Assembly: GCA_963777605.1 (NCBI GenBank)
Contig: CAVZRV010000007.1
Coordinates: 544,001 to 608,000, forward strand
Source: an uncultured Acidobacteriota bacterium
GTDB lineage: Bacteria > Acidobacteriota > UBA6911 > RPQK01 > JAPXNP01
DNA: 64,000 nucleotides
Direction: 5' to 3'
Below the pieces are notes generated by a model. That model did not search any database and was not told the origin of the DNA. It was given only the letters and a program-made list of their open reading frames with translations. A program made the translations under genes and the position numbers. Below, one piece after another: positions 39,365 through 49,693 of this stretch; position 1 is the first letter of the stretch, and each line of letters starts with the position of its first letter.

Positions 39365-41008
39365 GTGCAGAAGCGGCTGGCAACCAGGCTCATCCTCTCA
39401 CTCACGATCATCGTCGTGATTGTCGAGGGAGTTTCCGGGCTCATCAATATCAAGACCCAGGAGCGCCAACTGCTCGACGCCATGATTCTTGGGGCTGACC
39501 AGCTTTCAAGAGGGATCACCAGCGCCACCTGGCACGCCATGCTGGCCGACCACCGTGAAACCGCCTACCAGGTGATGGAAACGATCGCTCAGAAACAGGG
39601 CATCCGGCGAATCAGGATCTTCAACAAGGAAGGGCGGATCATGTTCTCGACCGACCCTAATGATGGAGGGCAGGTCGACAAGGACGCCGAGGCTTGTGCC
39701 ATGTGCCACTCGACGCTTCGACCCCTGGTTAGAGTGGACGTCCCTTCCCGATCCCGGATCTTCAAGAGTTCCGATGGACGGCGCGAACTAGCCATGGTGA
39801 GCCCAATCTACAACGAGCCTGCCTGTAGCGATGCTGCCTGCCACGCTCATCCCGCCCAGATGAACGTCCTGGGCGTCCTCGACGTCGCCCTCAGCCTGGC
39901 TGACGTAGATTCTGAGATTCGTGCAGTTGAGTGGCGAGTTGCTTCGGCGACGGCAGTTCACATCGTTCTAATCGGAATCTTCATCGTCGTCTTCACCCGA
40001 CGCTTCGTGGATCGGCCGATCCGGAAACTGATTGACGGAACCCGGGCGGTCAGCCAGATGCAGCTCGACCGGCCGATTGAAATCGAAAGTGGAGATGAAC
40101 TCGGAGAACTCGCCCGCTCCTTCAACCTGATGCGGGACCGACTCAGCGAGGCCATCGCGGAAATTAACGAATTCACCCAGCAACTGGAAACCAAGGTAGC
40201 CGAGAGAACCCTCGAACTCGAGGTTGCCCACCAGAAGCTGGAGCAAAACGAGCGGCTGGCTTCACTTGGACGGCTTTCTGCCACTGTTGCCCACGAGATC
40301 AACAACCCACTCTCGGGTGTACTGAACCTCTCGATGCTGATGGAGCGAATTTTACGCGACGGCTCTCTTCCCGCGAGCCGGGCCCCTGAATTCCAGGGCT
40401 ACCTGGCCCAGGTCACGAGGGAAACGACCCGGATCGCCCGGATCGTTTCTGGCCTTCTGGCGTTCTCTCGCCGCGCCAAACCGCTGGCGGCACCAACCGA
40501 TCTCAACCGAGTGATTCAGAGCGCTCTCTCGGCGATCAGCCACAAGCTCCAATCGTATGGAGTGAATGTCACTCTTGAGCTCGATCCCCACGTTCCGGAA
40601 GTGCCCGGAGACGGCGGACAGTTGCAACAGGTGATGATCAACCTTCTGGTCAATGCAGCGGAGGCCACCCAAACGACCGCGCAGAAACAGGTCACAGTCT
40701 CGACCAGTTCTACCCCCGAACGCATTCTGATAAAGGTGTCAGACAACGGAGAAGGCATTCCCCAGCAACACCTGCATCGGATATTTGATCCGTTCTTTAC
40801 TACCAAGGAAGCAGGCAAGGGGGTCGGGCTCGGCCTGGCGGTCGTTTACGGCATTATCGCATCTCACGGCGGAGAAATAGACGTCGAGAGTCAGCCGCGC
40901 GAAGGAACCACCTTCACAGTGAGACTTCCCCTGACTCTGAGGGATTCGCCTCGCACGGCAGGACCGACATCGGCTTCGAAAAGAGACGGAGGCATGCGAG
41001 AAGCATGA
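39365..41008 (+). CDS. Sensor histidine kinase with periplasmic c-type heme motifs and HAMP
   Basis: Periplasmic CAMCH and CSDAACH; H-box [10 protein letters not shown]-box NLLVNA, DNGEGI, FFTTK, GVGLGL. Confidence 0.92.
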   Translation: MQKRLATRLILSLTIIVVIVEGVSGLINIKTQERQLLDAMILGADQLSRGITSATWHAMLADHRETAYQVMETIAQKQGIRRIRIFNKEGRIMFSTDPNDGGQVDKDAEACAMCHSTLRPLVRVDVPSRSRIFKSSDGRRELAMVSPIYNEPACSDAACHAHPAQMNVLGVLDVALSLADVDSEIRAVEWRVASATAVHIVLIGIFIVVFTRRFVDRPIRKLIDGTRAVSQMQLDRPIEIESGDELGELARSFNLMRDRLSEAIAEINEFTQQLETKVAERTLELEVAHQKLEQNERLASLGRLSATVAHEINNPLSGVLNLSMLMERILRDGSLPASRAPEFQGYLAQVTRETTRIARIVSGLLAFSRRAKPLAAPTDLNRVIQSALSAISHKLQSYGVNVTLELDPHVPEVPGDGGQLQQVMINLLVNAAEATQTTAQKQVTVSTSSTPERILIKVSDNGEGIPQQHLHRIFDPFFTTKEAGKGVGLGLAVVYGIIASHGGEIDVESQPREGTTFTVRLPLTLRDSPRTAGPTSASKRDGGMREA

Positions 41009-42363
41009 AGAGACGCTGGAAAATCCTGGTAGTCGATGATGAAGAGGTGATGCGGGACTCCCTTGCGGCGTGGCTCCGGGAGGACGGCTACCTGGTCGAA
41101 ACAGCGGCGTCGGGCGAAGCAGCTCTCTCCCGGGCGAACAGTGCGGATTTCGCGGTCTGCTTCGTTGACTTGAAGATGCCGGGCGGGATCGATGGGATCG
41201 AAACCATGGCCGGGATAAAGAAGGTACGCCCGGATACGGCAGTCATCATCATCACTGCCTACGCGACCGTGGACACGGCAATCATGGCAATGAAGCAGGG
41301 AGCGACCGAGTACATCGTCAAGCCCTGCAACCTCGAAGAAATCTCACTCCTGGTCGACCGGATCTTCAAGATGAAGAGCCTTCAGCTCGAGAATGCCATC
41401 CTGAGACAAAAGCTCAGCCGGCGCTACCGAGTTCAGGACATCATCAGCAAAAATCCCAGGATGCACGAGATCTTCCGCCTCATCGAGCAGGTCGCCGGGA
41501 TGCGCAGCACCGTCCTGATTGAAGGTGAGAGCGGAACGGGAAAGGAACTGGTGGCCCGCGCCATCCACTACTCGAGCGATCGGGCGAATCGGGTGTTCAT
41601 CGGGGTCTCCTGTGGAGCACTGGCCGAAACCCTGCTCGAATCAGAACTCTTTGGACATGAGAAGGGAGCATTCACAGGAGCGGCAGCGCAACGGAAAGGG
41701 AAGTTCGAACTGGCCGACGGCGGAACGCTGTTTCTCGACGAAATCGGGGACATCTCTCCGAAGCTCCAAATGGATCTGCTCCGGGTTCTCCAAGAAAGGA
41801 CCTTTTATCGCCTCGGGGGGACTCGCGAGGTCCAGGTGGACGTCCGGATCATTGCGGCCACCAACCGCGACCTGAGTTCGGCTGTTCGGGAAAGTCAGTT
41901 CAGAGATGACCTGTACTATCGCCTGAACGTCATCAACATCCTGATCCCTCCTCTGCGGGAACGCAGGGAAGACATTCCACTACTCGTGCACCACTCCATC
42001 GAACGCCTTTCGCACGAACTCGGAAGAGACGTGGACACGATCAGTGACGAAGCTCTGAAGCTGCTAATCGACTACGATTGGCCGGGAAACGTCCGCGAGC
42101 TGGAGAATGCCGTGGAACGCGCGCTGATCACCTGCCAGAACTCACAGCTGTCGGCAAGGGAGTTCTCGTTCATTTCCCCCGAGGGTAGCCCTCCACGAAA
42201 CTGGGTCGTCCCCCCTGACCTCAACCTTCATGACCTGGAACGGGCAGCCATTATTGATGCATTGACGAGAAACAACGGCAACGTAAAAGAGTCCGCCAAC
42301 CAGCTGGGGATCGACCGTTCGACGCTCTACGACAAGATTAAGCGCTACGGGATCCCCCACTGA
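41005..42363 (+). CDS. Sigma54-dependent response regulator (NtrC/AtoC family)
   Basis: Receiver VDD...DLKMPG, Walker [29 protein letters not shown], Fis-type [14 protein letters not shown]. Confidence 0.95.
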   Translation: MKRRWKILVVDDEEVMRDSLAAWLREDGYLVETAASGEAALSRANSADFAVCFVDLKMPGGIDGIETMAGIKKVRPDTAVIIITAYATVDTAIMAMKQGATEYIVKPCNLEEISLLVDRIFKMKSLQLENAILRQKLSRRYRVQDIISKNPRMHEIFRLIEQVAGMRSTVLIEGESGTGKELVARAIHYSSDRANRVFIGVSCGALAETLLESELFGHEKGAFTGAAAQRKGKFELADGGTLFLDEIGDISPKLQMDLLRVLQERTFYRLGGTREVQVDVRIIAATNRDLSSAVRESQFRDDLYYRLNVINILIPPLRERREDIPLLVHHSIERLSHELGRDVDTISDEALKLLIDYDWPGNVRELENAVERALITCQNSQLSAREFSFISPEGSPPRNWVVPPDLNLHDLERAAIIDALTRNNGNVKESANQLGIDRSTLYDKIKRYGIPH

Positions 42364-42411
42364 TTCCCGGAACCGGCGCCGCAAGCGTCGTCGAACCGGC
42401 CCAGGGGTTCG

Positions 42412-42549
42412 TCACCGCGTCCGGTACCGTGTCCAAAGCTCTTCGAAAATTGCCCACAGCGTCACCGCCACGAAGCCAATCGTCACGGCGCCCAGGAGCA
42501 CGTTGGTCAAGTTCAACCAGAAGAAGTCCGGATATCCTGTTCCCAGCAT
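42412..42549 (-). CDS. Small single-pass membrane protein (45 aa)
   Basis: GGAGG RBS then ATG 42549: MLGTGYPDFFWLNLTNVLLGAVTIGFVAVTLWAIFEELWTRYRTR; one TM plus basic tail; downstream of a sigma54 promoter. Confidence 0.6.
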   Translation of the reverse strand: MLGTGYPDFFWLNLTNVLLGAVTIGFVAVTLWAIFEELWTRYRTR

Positions 42550-42624
42550 TGGCCACCTCCACATCAACGTGAATGCTTGATCGCGAACAGACTTCCGCTC
42601 ACGACCGGCACGCTGGTGTAAAGG

Positions 42625-42639
42625 GCAATTACCATTCCA
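42625..42639 (-). promoter_or_regulatory. Sigma54 -24/-12 promoter
   Basis: Minus strand TGGAATGGTAATTGC = GG-N10-GC with TTGC at -12. Confidence 0.6.
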
Positions 42640-42657
42640 CCTACCACAGCACGAACG

Positions 42658-42670
42658 TAAGAGTTTGAAA
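42658..42670 (-). promoter_or_regulatory. Putative IHF binding site
   Basis: Minus strand TTTCAA-ACTC-TTA, one mismatch to WATCAANNNNTTR, in an AT-rich patch between the UAS and the -24 element. Confidence 0.4.
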
Positions 42671-42726
42671 TATTGAGACTTGAACTGAGAGGAGCCAAAG
42701 CTTTGCTTCGTCGCGATGCGCAGCTG

Positions 42727-42764
42727 TGTTGGGAATCCCCACACGGCATTCGGAAAATCCGACG
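42727..42764. promoter_or_regulatory. Tandem upstream activator sequences for a sigma54 enhancer-binding protein
   Basis: Two related 17-bp imperfect palindromes, TGTTGG-GAATC-CCCACA (42727) and ATTCGG-AAAAT-CCGACG (42748), 21 bp apart and about 90-125 bp upstream of the -24 element. Confidence 0.55.
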
Positions 42765-42778
42765 TTGCGACTCGTATG

Positions 42779-43167
42779 TAAGGTGACTGCAAACGGCCCG
42801 ACAGGAATGATCTCTACCGCAGGCGCACGCCAGGCTCCGGGACCGGTCAGGTTGACGATGTGCAGGATAAGCCGTTTCCCCTGCCGGTAGAGGTGGCAAT
42901 CGATCAGGCCCGGGTCTCCTTCCAGTAACCCCGCCACCAATCGAGATCATACCGTTGCGGATCAAGTTCGTTAATGTTGGTCTGTCCCCACCGATAAGTC
43001 CGGCGGTACCAGGGTATGGATGCGGATTGAGCGGAGGAGAGGTGGAAGCCGGTGCTGCCCCCAAAGGGCCGAGTCAACGCCACGACCGACAGCAGCCGCG
43101 GTAACCGCTTGATGAAGACCCTTCGATCCTCCTGCTGCCATCCGGCAGCGTGCACAATTTCGTTCAT
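42779..43167 (-). pseudogene. Internally deleted remnant of a Tat-exported glycoside-hydrolase-like gene
   Basis: One frame gives Tat DRRVFI and PWYRRTYRWGQTNINELDPQRYDLDWWRGYWKETR; after a frameshift at about 42910 a second frame gives PGLIDCHLYRQGKRLILHIVNLTGPGAWRAPAVEIIPVGPF. I recognise these as the N- and C-terminal segments of a much longer GHL6/beta-galactosidase-trimerisation-type family. Confidence 0.6.
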
Positions 43168-43235
43168 TTCCGGGGAGCGCCTCAACTTCACGCAGCCTAG
43201 GTCAGGACGGCCCTCCAGTCAAGGAGAAATGAGGG

Positions 43236-44747
43236 CTAGCTGGGCAGGGCCTGCCGATGGCAAATCACGCGGTTCTTTCCGGCGAGTTTAGCTTCGTACG
43301 CAGCCTGATCCGCCGCGTTGATGAATGCCCTGATGTCGCGAAACGGCTCACCACGGGTCTGGACAGCGTAACCAATTGAAACCGTCAACCGAACCTCGGA
43401 GTGGTCCTCGGCACCAGGGAACTCCCAGGCGATCCTCGCTCGGATCCGGTTGGCAATCTCCTCGGTGTTTTCGGTGCAACACCCAAGCAGGAGAATGACG
43501 AACTCATCCCCTCCGAAGCGACAGACAAAGTCGCCGCGTCTCAGTTCGCCCGACAGGATCTCGGCGGTCCTTCTTAGCACCTTGTCGCCCATGAGGTGGC
43601 CAAACAGGTCATTCACCTGCTTGAAATCATCGAGATCACAGAAACAGAGGCTCAACTGCAGGCCCGTCTCGGCTACACGGCGAAAGTTGTCTTCCAGCAC
43701 GTCTTCAAAGAACTGGCGATTGTAAACCCCGGTCAGGCCGTCACGCCGGGCATCCTCCCGCAGACGAACCACTTCGGCGGACAGGGACACCAGGGCCACG
43801 TCCTTTTCCCGAGTCTGAAGCATGTATTGGAGACTGGTACTGAAGGCACTCTGCCTGGCTCGTTCGAGGAGAGCTTCAAAATCGCTCGCGGCGAATTCAA
43901 TCTCAAAGATCCGCAGCAACTCGGGCAGGGCCTCCACGACCCGGCCCAGTGCTTTCTCGAAACTCTTCTCATCGAGACCGAGGCTCTTCCTCAGATTCGC
44001 GACCTGGTGCCCATTAGAGGGCCTCTGGGCGGGCGCAATCCAGGCTTCAGCGAGGGGTCCGGAAAGTGCGACACATTCAAACAGGGGCGTCGCCTCATCT
44101 TCCCGAGTCCCGTCCAGGATACCGTGGCTCGCAAGGGCGAGTTGACAGAATATTTCGGGCAACCCCCAGTGGCGGAGCAACCAGGCACCAACCTCAGCAT
44201 GGCTGTCGCCGAGCAATTCGCTCTCGGCTGCGATCAATTCGTCATGTTGCTGACCTTTGTCGGCCAGCAGAGCCTCGTATTCGGCTCCCAGCAACTCTCG
44301 AAGAGCCAGGATGCCGATATCCTGCAGCAGCGCCCCAAGAAAAGCCTCTTCCTTCTGGACAACGTTGGCAGCAACGGCCACCTCGCGGGCCACGGCAGCG
44401 GCGACAACTGAGCGCTTCCATAGAAGTTCCCCCCTGATGTCTCTCCAAGCCGTGCGCAACAACCCTTTGGATAGCGAGAAGCCGAGGGAAACCGTGCGGA
44501 CACCGCTAATCCCCAGGTAGGCTGCGGCCTGGTCAAGAGACGTCACCTGTCGTCGAAGGCCGAAAAGGGGAGAATTTACGATCCTCAGGAGTTGCGCGGT
44601 CAGAGAGGGGTCTCGTTCAATCAGGCGCGCCAACTGTGTTGCTGTGACGTCGGGATCGTCGGTTAGCCGAAGCAGTGAAACCACGATGCCTGGCGGAGAC
44701 GGAAGGCTCGGACAACCCTGGAGCCTTTCTTTGAGCTCGTCTTTCAT
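43236..44747 (-). CDS. HDOD-GGDEF diguanylate cyclase
   Basis: HDOD LPSPP...DPSLTAQLLRIVNSPLFG...ALLQDIG...HAEVGAWLLRHWGLP; DGLTGVYNR, DLDDFKQVNDLFGH, I-site RRGD and GGDEF. Confidence 0.93.
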   Translation of the reverse strand: MKDELKERLQGCPSLPSPPGIVVSLLRLTDDPDVTATQLARLIERDPSLTAQLLRIVNSPLFGLRRQVTSLDQAAAYLGISGVRTVSLGFSLSKGLLRTAWRDIRGELLWKRSVVAAAVAREVAVAANVVQKEEAFLGALLQDIGILALRELLGAEYEALLADKGQQHDELIAAESELLGDSHAEVGAWLLRHWGLPEIFCQLALASHGILDGTREDEATPLFECVALSGPLAEAWIAPAQRPSNGHQVANLRKSLGLDEKSFEKALGRVVEALPELLRIFEIEFAASDFEALLERARQSAFSTSLQYMLQTREKDVALVSLSAEVVRLREDARRDGLTGVYNRQFFEDVLEDNFRRVAETGLQLSLCFCDLDDFKQVNDLFGHLMGDKVLRRTAEILSGELRRGDFVCRFGGDEFVILLLGCCTENTEEIANRIRARIAWEFPGAEDHSEVRLTVSIGYAVQTRGEPFRDIRAFINAADQAAYEAKLAGKNRVICHRQALPS

Positions 44748-44927
44748 GTCTGCGTACCCTGGAAATCCCTCACTGGTTGCCAGGCAGAGTCGGAGACAGG
44801 GAGGGCCTCGATCCCGCCTGACGATCTTCCTTCAGTTGCCATATCGGCTGAGAAAAGGAACCCCGTGAGGGCAAACAGCAAAAACCTCGAACCCGAGTCG
44901 GCACTGGCCAGTGTCGCCGAGTGGATA

Positions 44928-45890
44928 TCAGGCGCGCCGGTCCTCGAGTTCAATCCCCTTTTCGGCGAGGCGAGAGCTCATTTTCAGCAGGTCCTGAGCC
45001 GCCGCCTCATCCACCACGAACGTGATGTTCCCGCCGCGATCCGAATGAACCTGGGCATACGAAATCGGCATCCTTTCCGTCGGTTCCTCGAGCAGGGCCT
45101 GTCCGATCGCTGCCTGCTTCCGGGACCCGTTGGCCAACACCAGAAGATCGCGGGCCTTGAACACCAGGTCGACCGACATTGTCAACGCAAATCTCGGGCA
45201 TTCTTCGAGGGAGGGAAAATGGCCGTCTTCCACCGAGTGCTCCTTGGTGACGACGTCCAGCTCAACGAGGAGCAGTCCCGGCAGTTCAAAGGGGATTCCG
45301 GCCTCATGGAATGCGACATGGCCGCATCCCCCCACTCCGAGGATCTGGAGATCGATCCCTCCGGCTGCGGCAATCGCCTCCCCGTAAGGGCCGAGAACCT
45401 CGGTTCTGACCCATTGCAGATATTCGGAGGTAGCTCCCGGGTCGATCACGACGGCCTTCCCGTTGATATCTCCTTCGTATCTCCATCCTGCCGGATCCGA
45501 TTCCAAGGCTTCGACCAGACGATCGGTCTCGACAATGCCCCCATCGGGAACCACAGTGCTGATCGGAGGCCGGCTCAGCTTGTTGAACAGATTCGAATCC
45601 ATGAAATAGCGATAGCTCTCGGGATGCGACGACGACGAACCGGCCGTCCCGTTTCCGAGTCCGACATATTCATCGAGGTTGAACGTCCTCCAACAGGAAC
45701 TGTCAATCTGGCCGTTATTGGCTGCGTCGGCCAGTCGCCGGTAAAGTCCCGTCGGAGAATTGCCAGTGGCCAACCCGAGAACGGGGTCCTTTCTCTCCTT
45801 CTCGAGTCGGGCAACCTTCGTCACCACCAACTCAGCCGCCACATCGCTCATCTGCTCAAAATCTCGGGTCACGATCGTCTTGATCGGCAT
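44928..45890 (-). CDS. nagB: Glucosamine-6-phosphate deaminase-like protein (divergent NagB)
   Basis: VLGLATGNSPTGLY, TFNLDEYVGL, HPESYRYFM, GGIDLQILGVGGCGHVAFHE; about 320 aa with an internal insertion. Confidence 0.75.
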   Translation of the reverse strand: MPIKTIVTRDFEQMSDVAAELVVTKVARLEKERKDPVLGLATGNSPTGLYRRLADAANNGQIDSSCWRTFNLDEYVGLGNGTAGSSSSHPESYRYFMDSNLFNKLSRPPISTVVPDGGIVETDRLVEALESDPAGWRYEGDINGKAVVIDPGATSEYLQWVRTEVLGPYGEAIAAAGGIDLQILGVGGCGHVAFHEAGIPFELPGLLLVELDVVTKEHSVEDGHFPSLEECPRFALTMSVDLVFKARDLLVLANGSRKQAAIGQALLEEPTERMPISYAQVHSDRGGNITFVVDEAAAQDLLKMSSRLAEKGIELEDRRA

Positions 45891-46011
45891 GCTTCACACT
45901 CCACCAGGTTTGCAGGGTCAAACAGGTCTTTAAGAATAGGTCCGAGCCCTCCTGAGTTCAATTGCAACCAAACCTCGACCGAAGCCCGGACGACGACGGT
46001 CTTCCGAAACT

Positions 46012-46665
46012 TCAGTCGGGCCTGCCCCCCGATCCGCCGGTGTCCTGGGCTGGTATTCGAGAAATCGATCGGTCGTGCATGCGGCCGAGGACCGGAAGGA
46101 CGATCATGGCACCGGCAAGGGCCAGGAACATGTCCCACTGAGCATCCCACTGGTCCCCCTGGGAACCGAGAAACGCCTGGCCCACGTCGCCGGCCACGAT
46201 CAGCGTGATCCACCATTCAAGAAGCTCCCAGAATGCGGCGATGGCAAGAACGACGCTGACGACGAGGAAATAGAGCCATCCCCCACGCCGAAGAGGAGTC
46301 ACACGGAGTAGAACTTCCCGTGTGATGAAGGCGGGGAACACTCCCATTGCGACGTGACCGACCCGGTCGTAGTGGTTGCGGCTCAGGTCGAACACTTCCT
46401 TGAACCAGTTCCCGAGCGGCGTTTCGGCGTAGGTATAGTAACCCCCGTATACAAGGATGATGACGTGGAAGAAGACACACCAGTAGACCCACTTGGACAT
46501 TGGGAATCGCCGGGCCGTAGCAACCAGCAGAGCAATTCCCGCAAGGCCCGGGACGACCTCGAGAAACCAGTTCAATCGGCCGGCCGGAGGGTCGGCCGCA
46601 GTCGCCAGGCAGACCGCCAACAGAACTCCGAGCAAAATCAGCGGAGTTCGAAAGTAATCTCGCAA
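46012..46665 (-). CDS. DUF2238 (YjdF-like) membrane protein
   Basis: W.LE, GGYYTYAETPLG, RNHYDRVGH, FLGSQGDQWDAQWDM. Confidence 0.88.
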   Translation of the reverse strand: MRDYFRTPLILLGVLLAVCLATAADPPAGRLNWFLEVVPGLAGIALLVATARRFPMSKWVYWCVFFHVIILVYGGYYTYAETPLGNWFKEVFDLSRNHYDRVGHVAMGVFPAFITREVLLRVTPLRRGGWLYFLVVSVVLAIAAFWELLEWWITLIVAGDVGQAFLGSQGDQWDAQWDMFLALAGAMIVLPVLGRMHDRSISRIPAQDTGGSGGRPD

Positions 46666-46818
46666 ATCAGGCTCCCTCTGCTCACGCCATTCTAGCCGGA
46701 GTCAGTTGTCAGCTTACAACTTGATCATTTGCCACTCGCACTGGTCTGCCGGCGTCAATTATAGTTAGAGAGTAAGATCACGTTCGAAATCGGCTCTTTG
46801 GCCCATCGAGGTGTAAAT

Positions 46819-47259
46819 ATGGCTTATCGACGAATTCTCTGCGCAGTGGATTTTTCAGACAACTCTACCGCGGCCTTTTACAGAGCGCTTAATCTGGCCA
46901 AGCAATACTCTTCCCATCTCTTTCTTCTTCATGCGATCGAAGTACAGCCCCTGGTCTCGCAGTGGGTTCAGCATGAAGGGCTGAGCACGCTGACGATGGA
47001 AATCGAGAACAAGGCCCAGGAGGCGATGGACGCTCTGGTCAACTCCGTCAAGGGTGAACTGGAAGAAATCGACCTGAAGACCGAGATTACCAGCGGACGA
47101 GCGTTCACCGAGATCCAAGAAAATGCCCGCGTGTGGAAAGCCGACCTGATCGTCCTGGGGTCCCGGGGAAGCGGGTCATTCGAAGATGCTGCCCTTGGGA
47201 GCACGGTGGACCGGGTCGTTGCCGAAGCCGGTTGCTCGGTCCTCGTGGTCAAGTCCTGA
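46819..47259 (+). CDS. Universal stress protein (UspA family)
   Basis: RRILCAVDFS, ADLIVLGSRG...LGSTVDRVV..AGCSVLVVK. Confidence 0.92.
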   Translation: MAYRRILCAVDFSDNSTAAFYRALNLAKQYSSHLFLLHAIEVQPLVSQWVQHEGLSTLTMEIENKAQEAMDALVNSVKGELEEIDLKTEITSGRAFTEIQENARVWKADLIVLGSRGSGSFEDAALGSTVDRVVAEAGCSVLVVKS

Positions 47260-47283
47260 GGCAGAGACTCGGAAGAACGCCCG

Positions 47284-48336
47284 CTAGCAGATGCGTGGCA
47301 ACTGCTCCCCGCTCAGCATGTCGAGGATGCGGTCGACGCCGATCCGGCTTTCGATGGTTACGCGCCCCTCCCCCTGCTCAACATGCCCGATCAGACAGGC
47401 AGCCTGTCCAAGGTCACTCTGTTGGAGGAGACCCAAAGCAGCCTCCCCTTGTTCTTCGGGAACGAAGCAGACAAATCTCCCCTCGTTGGCCACGTAGACA
47501 GGATCCAGACCGAGCAACTCGCAAGCCCCGTGGACGTCGTCACGCACCGGAATTCGCGCTTCCTCGAGATGGATCTGCAACTCGGCGGCTTCCGCGATTT
47601 CAATCAGGGCGCTGGCCAACCCTCCCCGCGTCAGATCGCGCAGGCAGTGAACATCGACACCCCCGTCGATCAAACGGAATACCGGATCGACCAGGCAAGC
47701 GAGGTCGCTCTCGATTGCTGATTCCAACTGGAGCGATTCGCGCGCATTCATCACGGCGATCCCATGCCGGCCCAAGTCTCCGCTGACCAGGCAGACGTCT
47801 CCCGGTCTCACCCGTGCCGGATGAATGTCGATGCCCGGCGGAACCCTTCCGATTCCAGAAGTATTGATGAATATGCCGTCACCCTTGCCTCGATCCACGA
47901 CCTTGGTGTCCCCAGTGACGAATCGGACACCGGCCTCCGTTGACGCCTCGCCCATCGACCGGACAACTTTCCACAGGTCCTCCATCAGGAGTCCCTCTTC
48001 GAGAATCAGGCCGGCACTCATCCAGAGCGGACGGGCTCCGCACATCGCGAGATCATTGGCGGTCCCGAAGACGGCCAGCCGCCCGATGTTACCGCCGGGG
48101 AAAAACAGCGGCTGGATCACGAATGAATCGGTCGTAAAGGCCAAACGACCCGACTCCACCTCCAGGATGGCCCCGTCATGACCCCGGTCGAATTCCTCGT
48201 CGGTCAGTGCGGGCCGCAGCATCCCGTCAATCAGAGTGCGCATCAGCCGCCCGCCGCCGCCATGTCCCATCAGAACTTTGGTGTGGCGGGTGATGGGCAA
48301 CGGGCACTCGAACCCCAATTGACTATTGTCTTTCAT
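47284..48336 (-). CDS. hypE: [NiFe]-hydrogenase maturation carbamoyl dehydratase HypE
   Basis: [37 protein letters not shown]-terminal EQLPRIC; start set to ATG 48336. Confidence 0.95.
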   Translation of the reverse strand: MKDNSQLGFECPLPITRHTKVLMGHGGGGRLMRTLIDGMLRPALTDEEFDRGHDGAILEVESGRLAFTTDSFVIQPLFFPGGNIGRLAVFGTANDLAMCGARPLWMSAGLILEEGLLMEDLWKVVRSMGEASTEAGVRFVTGDTKVVDRGKGDGIFINTSGIGRVPPGIDIHPARVRPGDVCLVSGDLGRHGIAVMNARESLQLESAIESDLACLVDPVFRLIDGGVDVHCLRDLTRGGLASALIEIAEAAELQIHLEEARIPVRDDVHGACELLGLDPVYVANEGRFVCFVPEEQGEAALGLLQQSDLGQAACLIGHVEQGEGRVTIESRIGVDRILDMLSGEQLPRIC

Positions 48337-49429
48337 GCTGCACTTCCCTGGCTCGGTACCTGTAGTAGGCAGCACAGGCGCCTTCCGAAGAGACCATCGT
48401 CGCACCCAGCGGGTGTTCCGGCGTACATGCCCTGCCGAATTCGGAACAATCGGGAGGCTTGATGAGGCCTCGCAGGATTTCCCCACTGCGACAATCCGAC
48501 GGTTCATCGAGCGACCCGGTAACGAGACCGAAACGGCCTTCTGCATCGAGGGAAACAAATTCGGGCGTGAGTTCCAGTCCGCTCGAACTGATTTCGCCGA
48601 TACCTCGCCACTTCCGATCTCTGACCTGGAAAACTCGCCGAATCAGGTCCTGGGCGGCACGGTTCCCTTCCCGGCGAACCGACCGGGTGTACTGGTTCTC
48701 AACGACGCACCGACCTTCCTCGAGTTGGCACAGGCTCATGTAGAGCCCCTGCATGATGTCTACCGGCTCGAATCCGGTGACCACGATCGGCACCTTGTAC
48801 TTGAGGGCGATCGGCTCGTATTCACTGAACCCCATTACAGTACAGACGTGTCCTGCAGCGAGGAAGCCGTTCACCAGGTTGTCGGGCGCGGAGAGGATTG
48901 CTTCGATTGCCGGTGGGACCAACACGTGCGACACGAGGACGCTGAAGTTGGCGATTCCCTGGCGGGCGGCCTGATAGACCGCCAGCGCATTGGCAGGAGC
49001 CGTCGTTTCAAAGCCTACCGCGAAAAAAACCACCTCTCGGGCAGGGTTGGCGACGGCAATCTTGACGGCGTCCATCGGAGAGTAGACGATTCGGACGTCC
49101 CCTCCTTCCGCCTTCACCGTCAACAGGTCCTTTTCCCGGCCGGGCACGCGGAGCATGTCCCCGAAGGAACAGAAGATCACGCCGGGCCAGGACGCGATTT
49201 CGATTGCTTTTTCGATGAATTCCAGCGGAGTGACACAGACCGGACAGCCCGGGCCGTGAACCAGTGTGACTCCTTCCGGAAGGAGTTGGTCGAGGCCGAA
49301 CTTCACGATGGAATGGGTCTGGCCACCGCAGATTTCCATAATTGTCCAGGGGAGCGTGACCACGCGCCTAATCAGGCGGGTATAGTGCCGAACTGCCTCG
49401 GCATCCCGGTACTCATCGACGAATTTCAC
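48323..49429 (-). CDS. hypD: [NiFe]-hydrogenase maturation protein HypD
   Basis: [36 protein letters not shown]. Confidence 0.97.
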   Translation of the reverse strand: MKFVDEYRDAEAVRHYTRLIRRVVTLPWTIMEICGGQTHSIVKFGLDQLLPEGVTLVHGPGCPVCVTPLEFIEKAIEIASWPGVIFCSFGDMLRVPGREKDLLTVKAEGGDVRIVYSPMDAVKIAVANPAREVVFFAVGFETTAPANALAVYQAARQGIANFSVLVSHVLVPPAIEAILSAPDNLVNGFLAAGHVCTVMGFSEYEPIALKYKVPIVVTGFEPVDIMQGLYMSLCQLEEGRCVVENQYTRSVRREGNRAAQDLIRRVFQVRDRKWRGIGEISSSGLELTPEFVSLDAEGRFGLVTGSLDEPSDCRSGEILRGLIKPPDCSEFGRACTPEHPLGATMVSSEGACAAYYRYRAREVQHERQ

Positions 49430-49686
49430 TGCGATCGCCCAACGTCGGAAAGGTCGTTCAAATCGTCGATCTGGCGCAAATACTCGAAAACCTCCATGGC
49501 TTCCTTTTCGTCCACCACGCTGATCGCCATTCCGACGTGTACCATCACGTAGTTCCCCACCGAGACTTCGGGGACACAGGCGAGGTTCACTTCCCTTCTC
49601 ACACCGCCGAAATCAACCTTTCCGACACGGGTGATCGGATCCTCGCCGACAATTTCAACCAGTTTTCCCGGAACCGCGAGACACAT
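49426..49686 (-). CDS. hypC: [NiFe]-hydrogenase chaperone HypC
   Basis: MCLAVPG N-terminus, [13 protein letters not shown]. Confidence 0.95.
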   Translation of the reverse strand: MCLAVPGKLVEIVGEDPITRVGKVDFGGVRREVNLACVPEVSVGNYVMVHVGMAISVVDEKEAMEVFEYLRQIDDLNDLSDVGRSQ

Positions 49687-49693
49687 TAGATTT

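Noticed and set aside
42550-42792. N-terminal extension of the 126-aa ORF 42412-42792
   Set aside because: It overlaps the sigma54 promoter elements; the RBS supports the start at 42549.
44865-46208. 447-aa plus-strand ORF
   Set aside because: Antisense to the nagB-like and DUF2238 genes; no motifs.
48326-49552. 408-aa plus-strand ORF
   Set aside because: Antisense to hypD/hypC.
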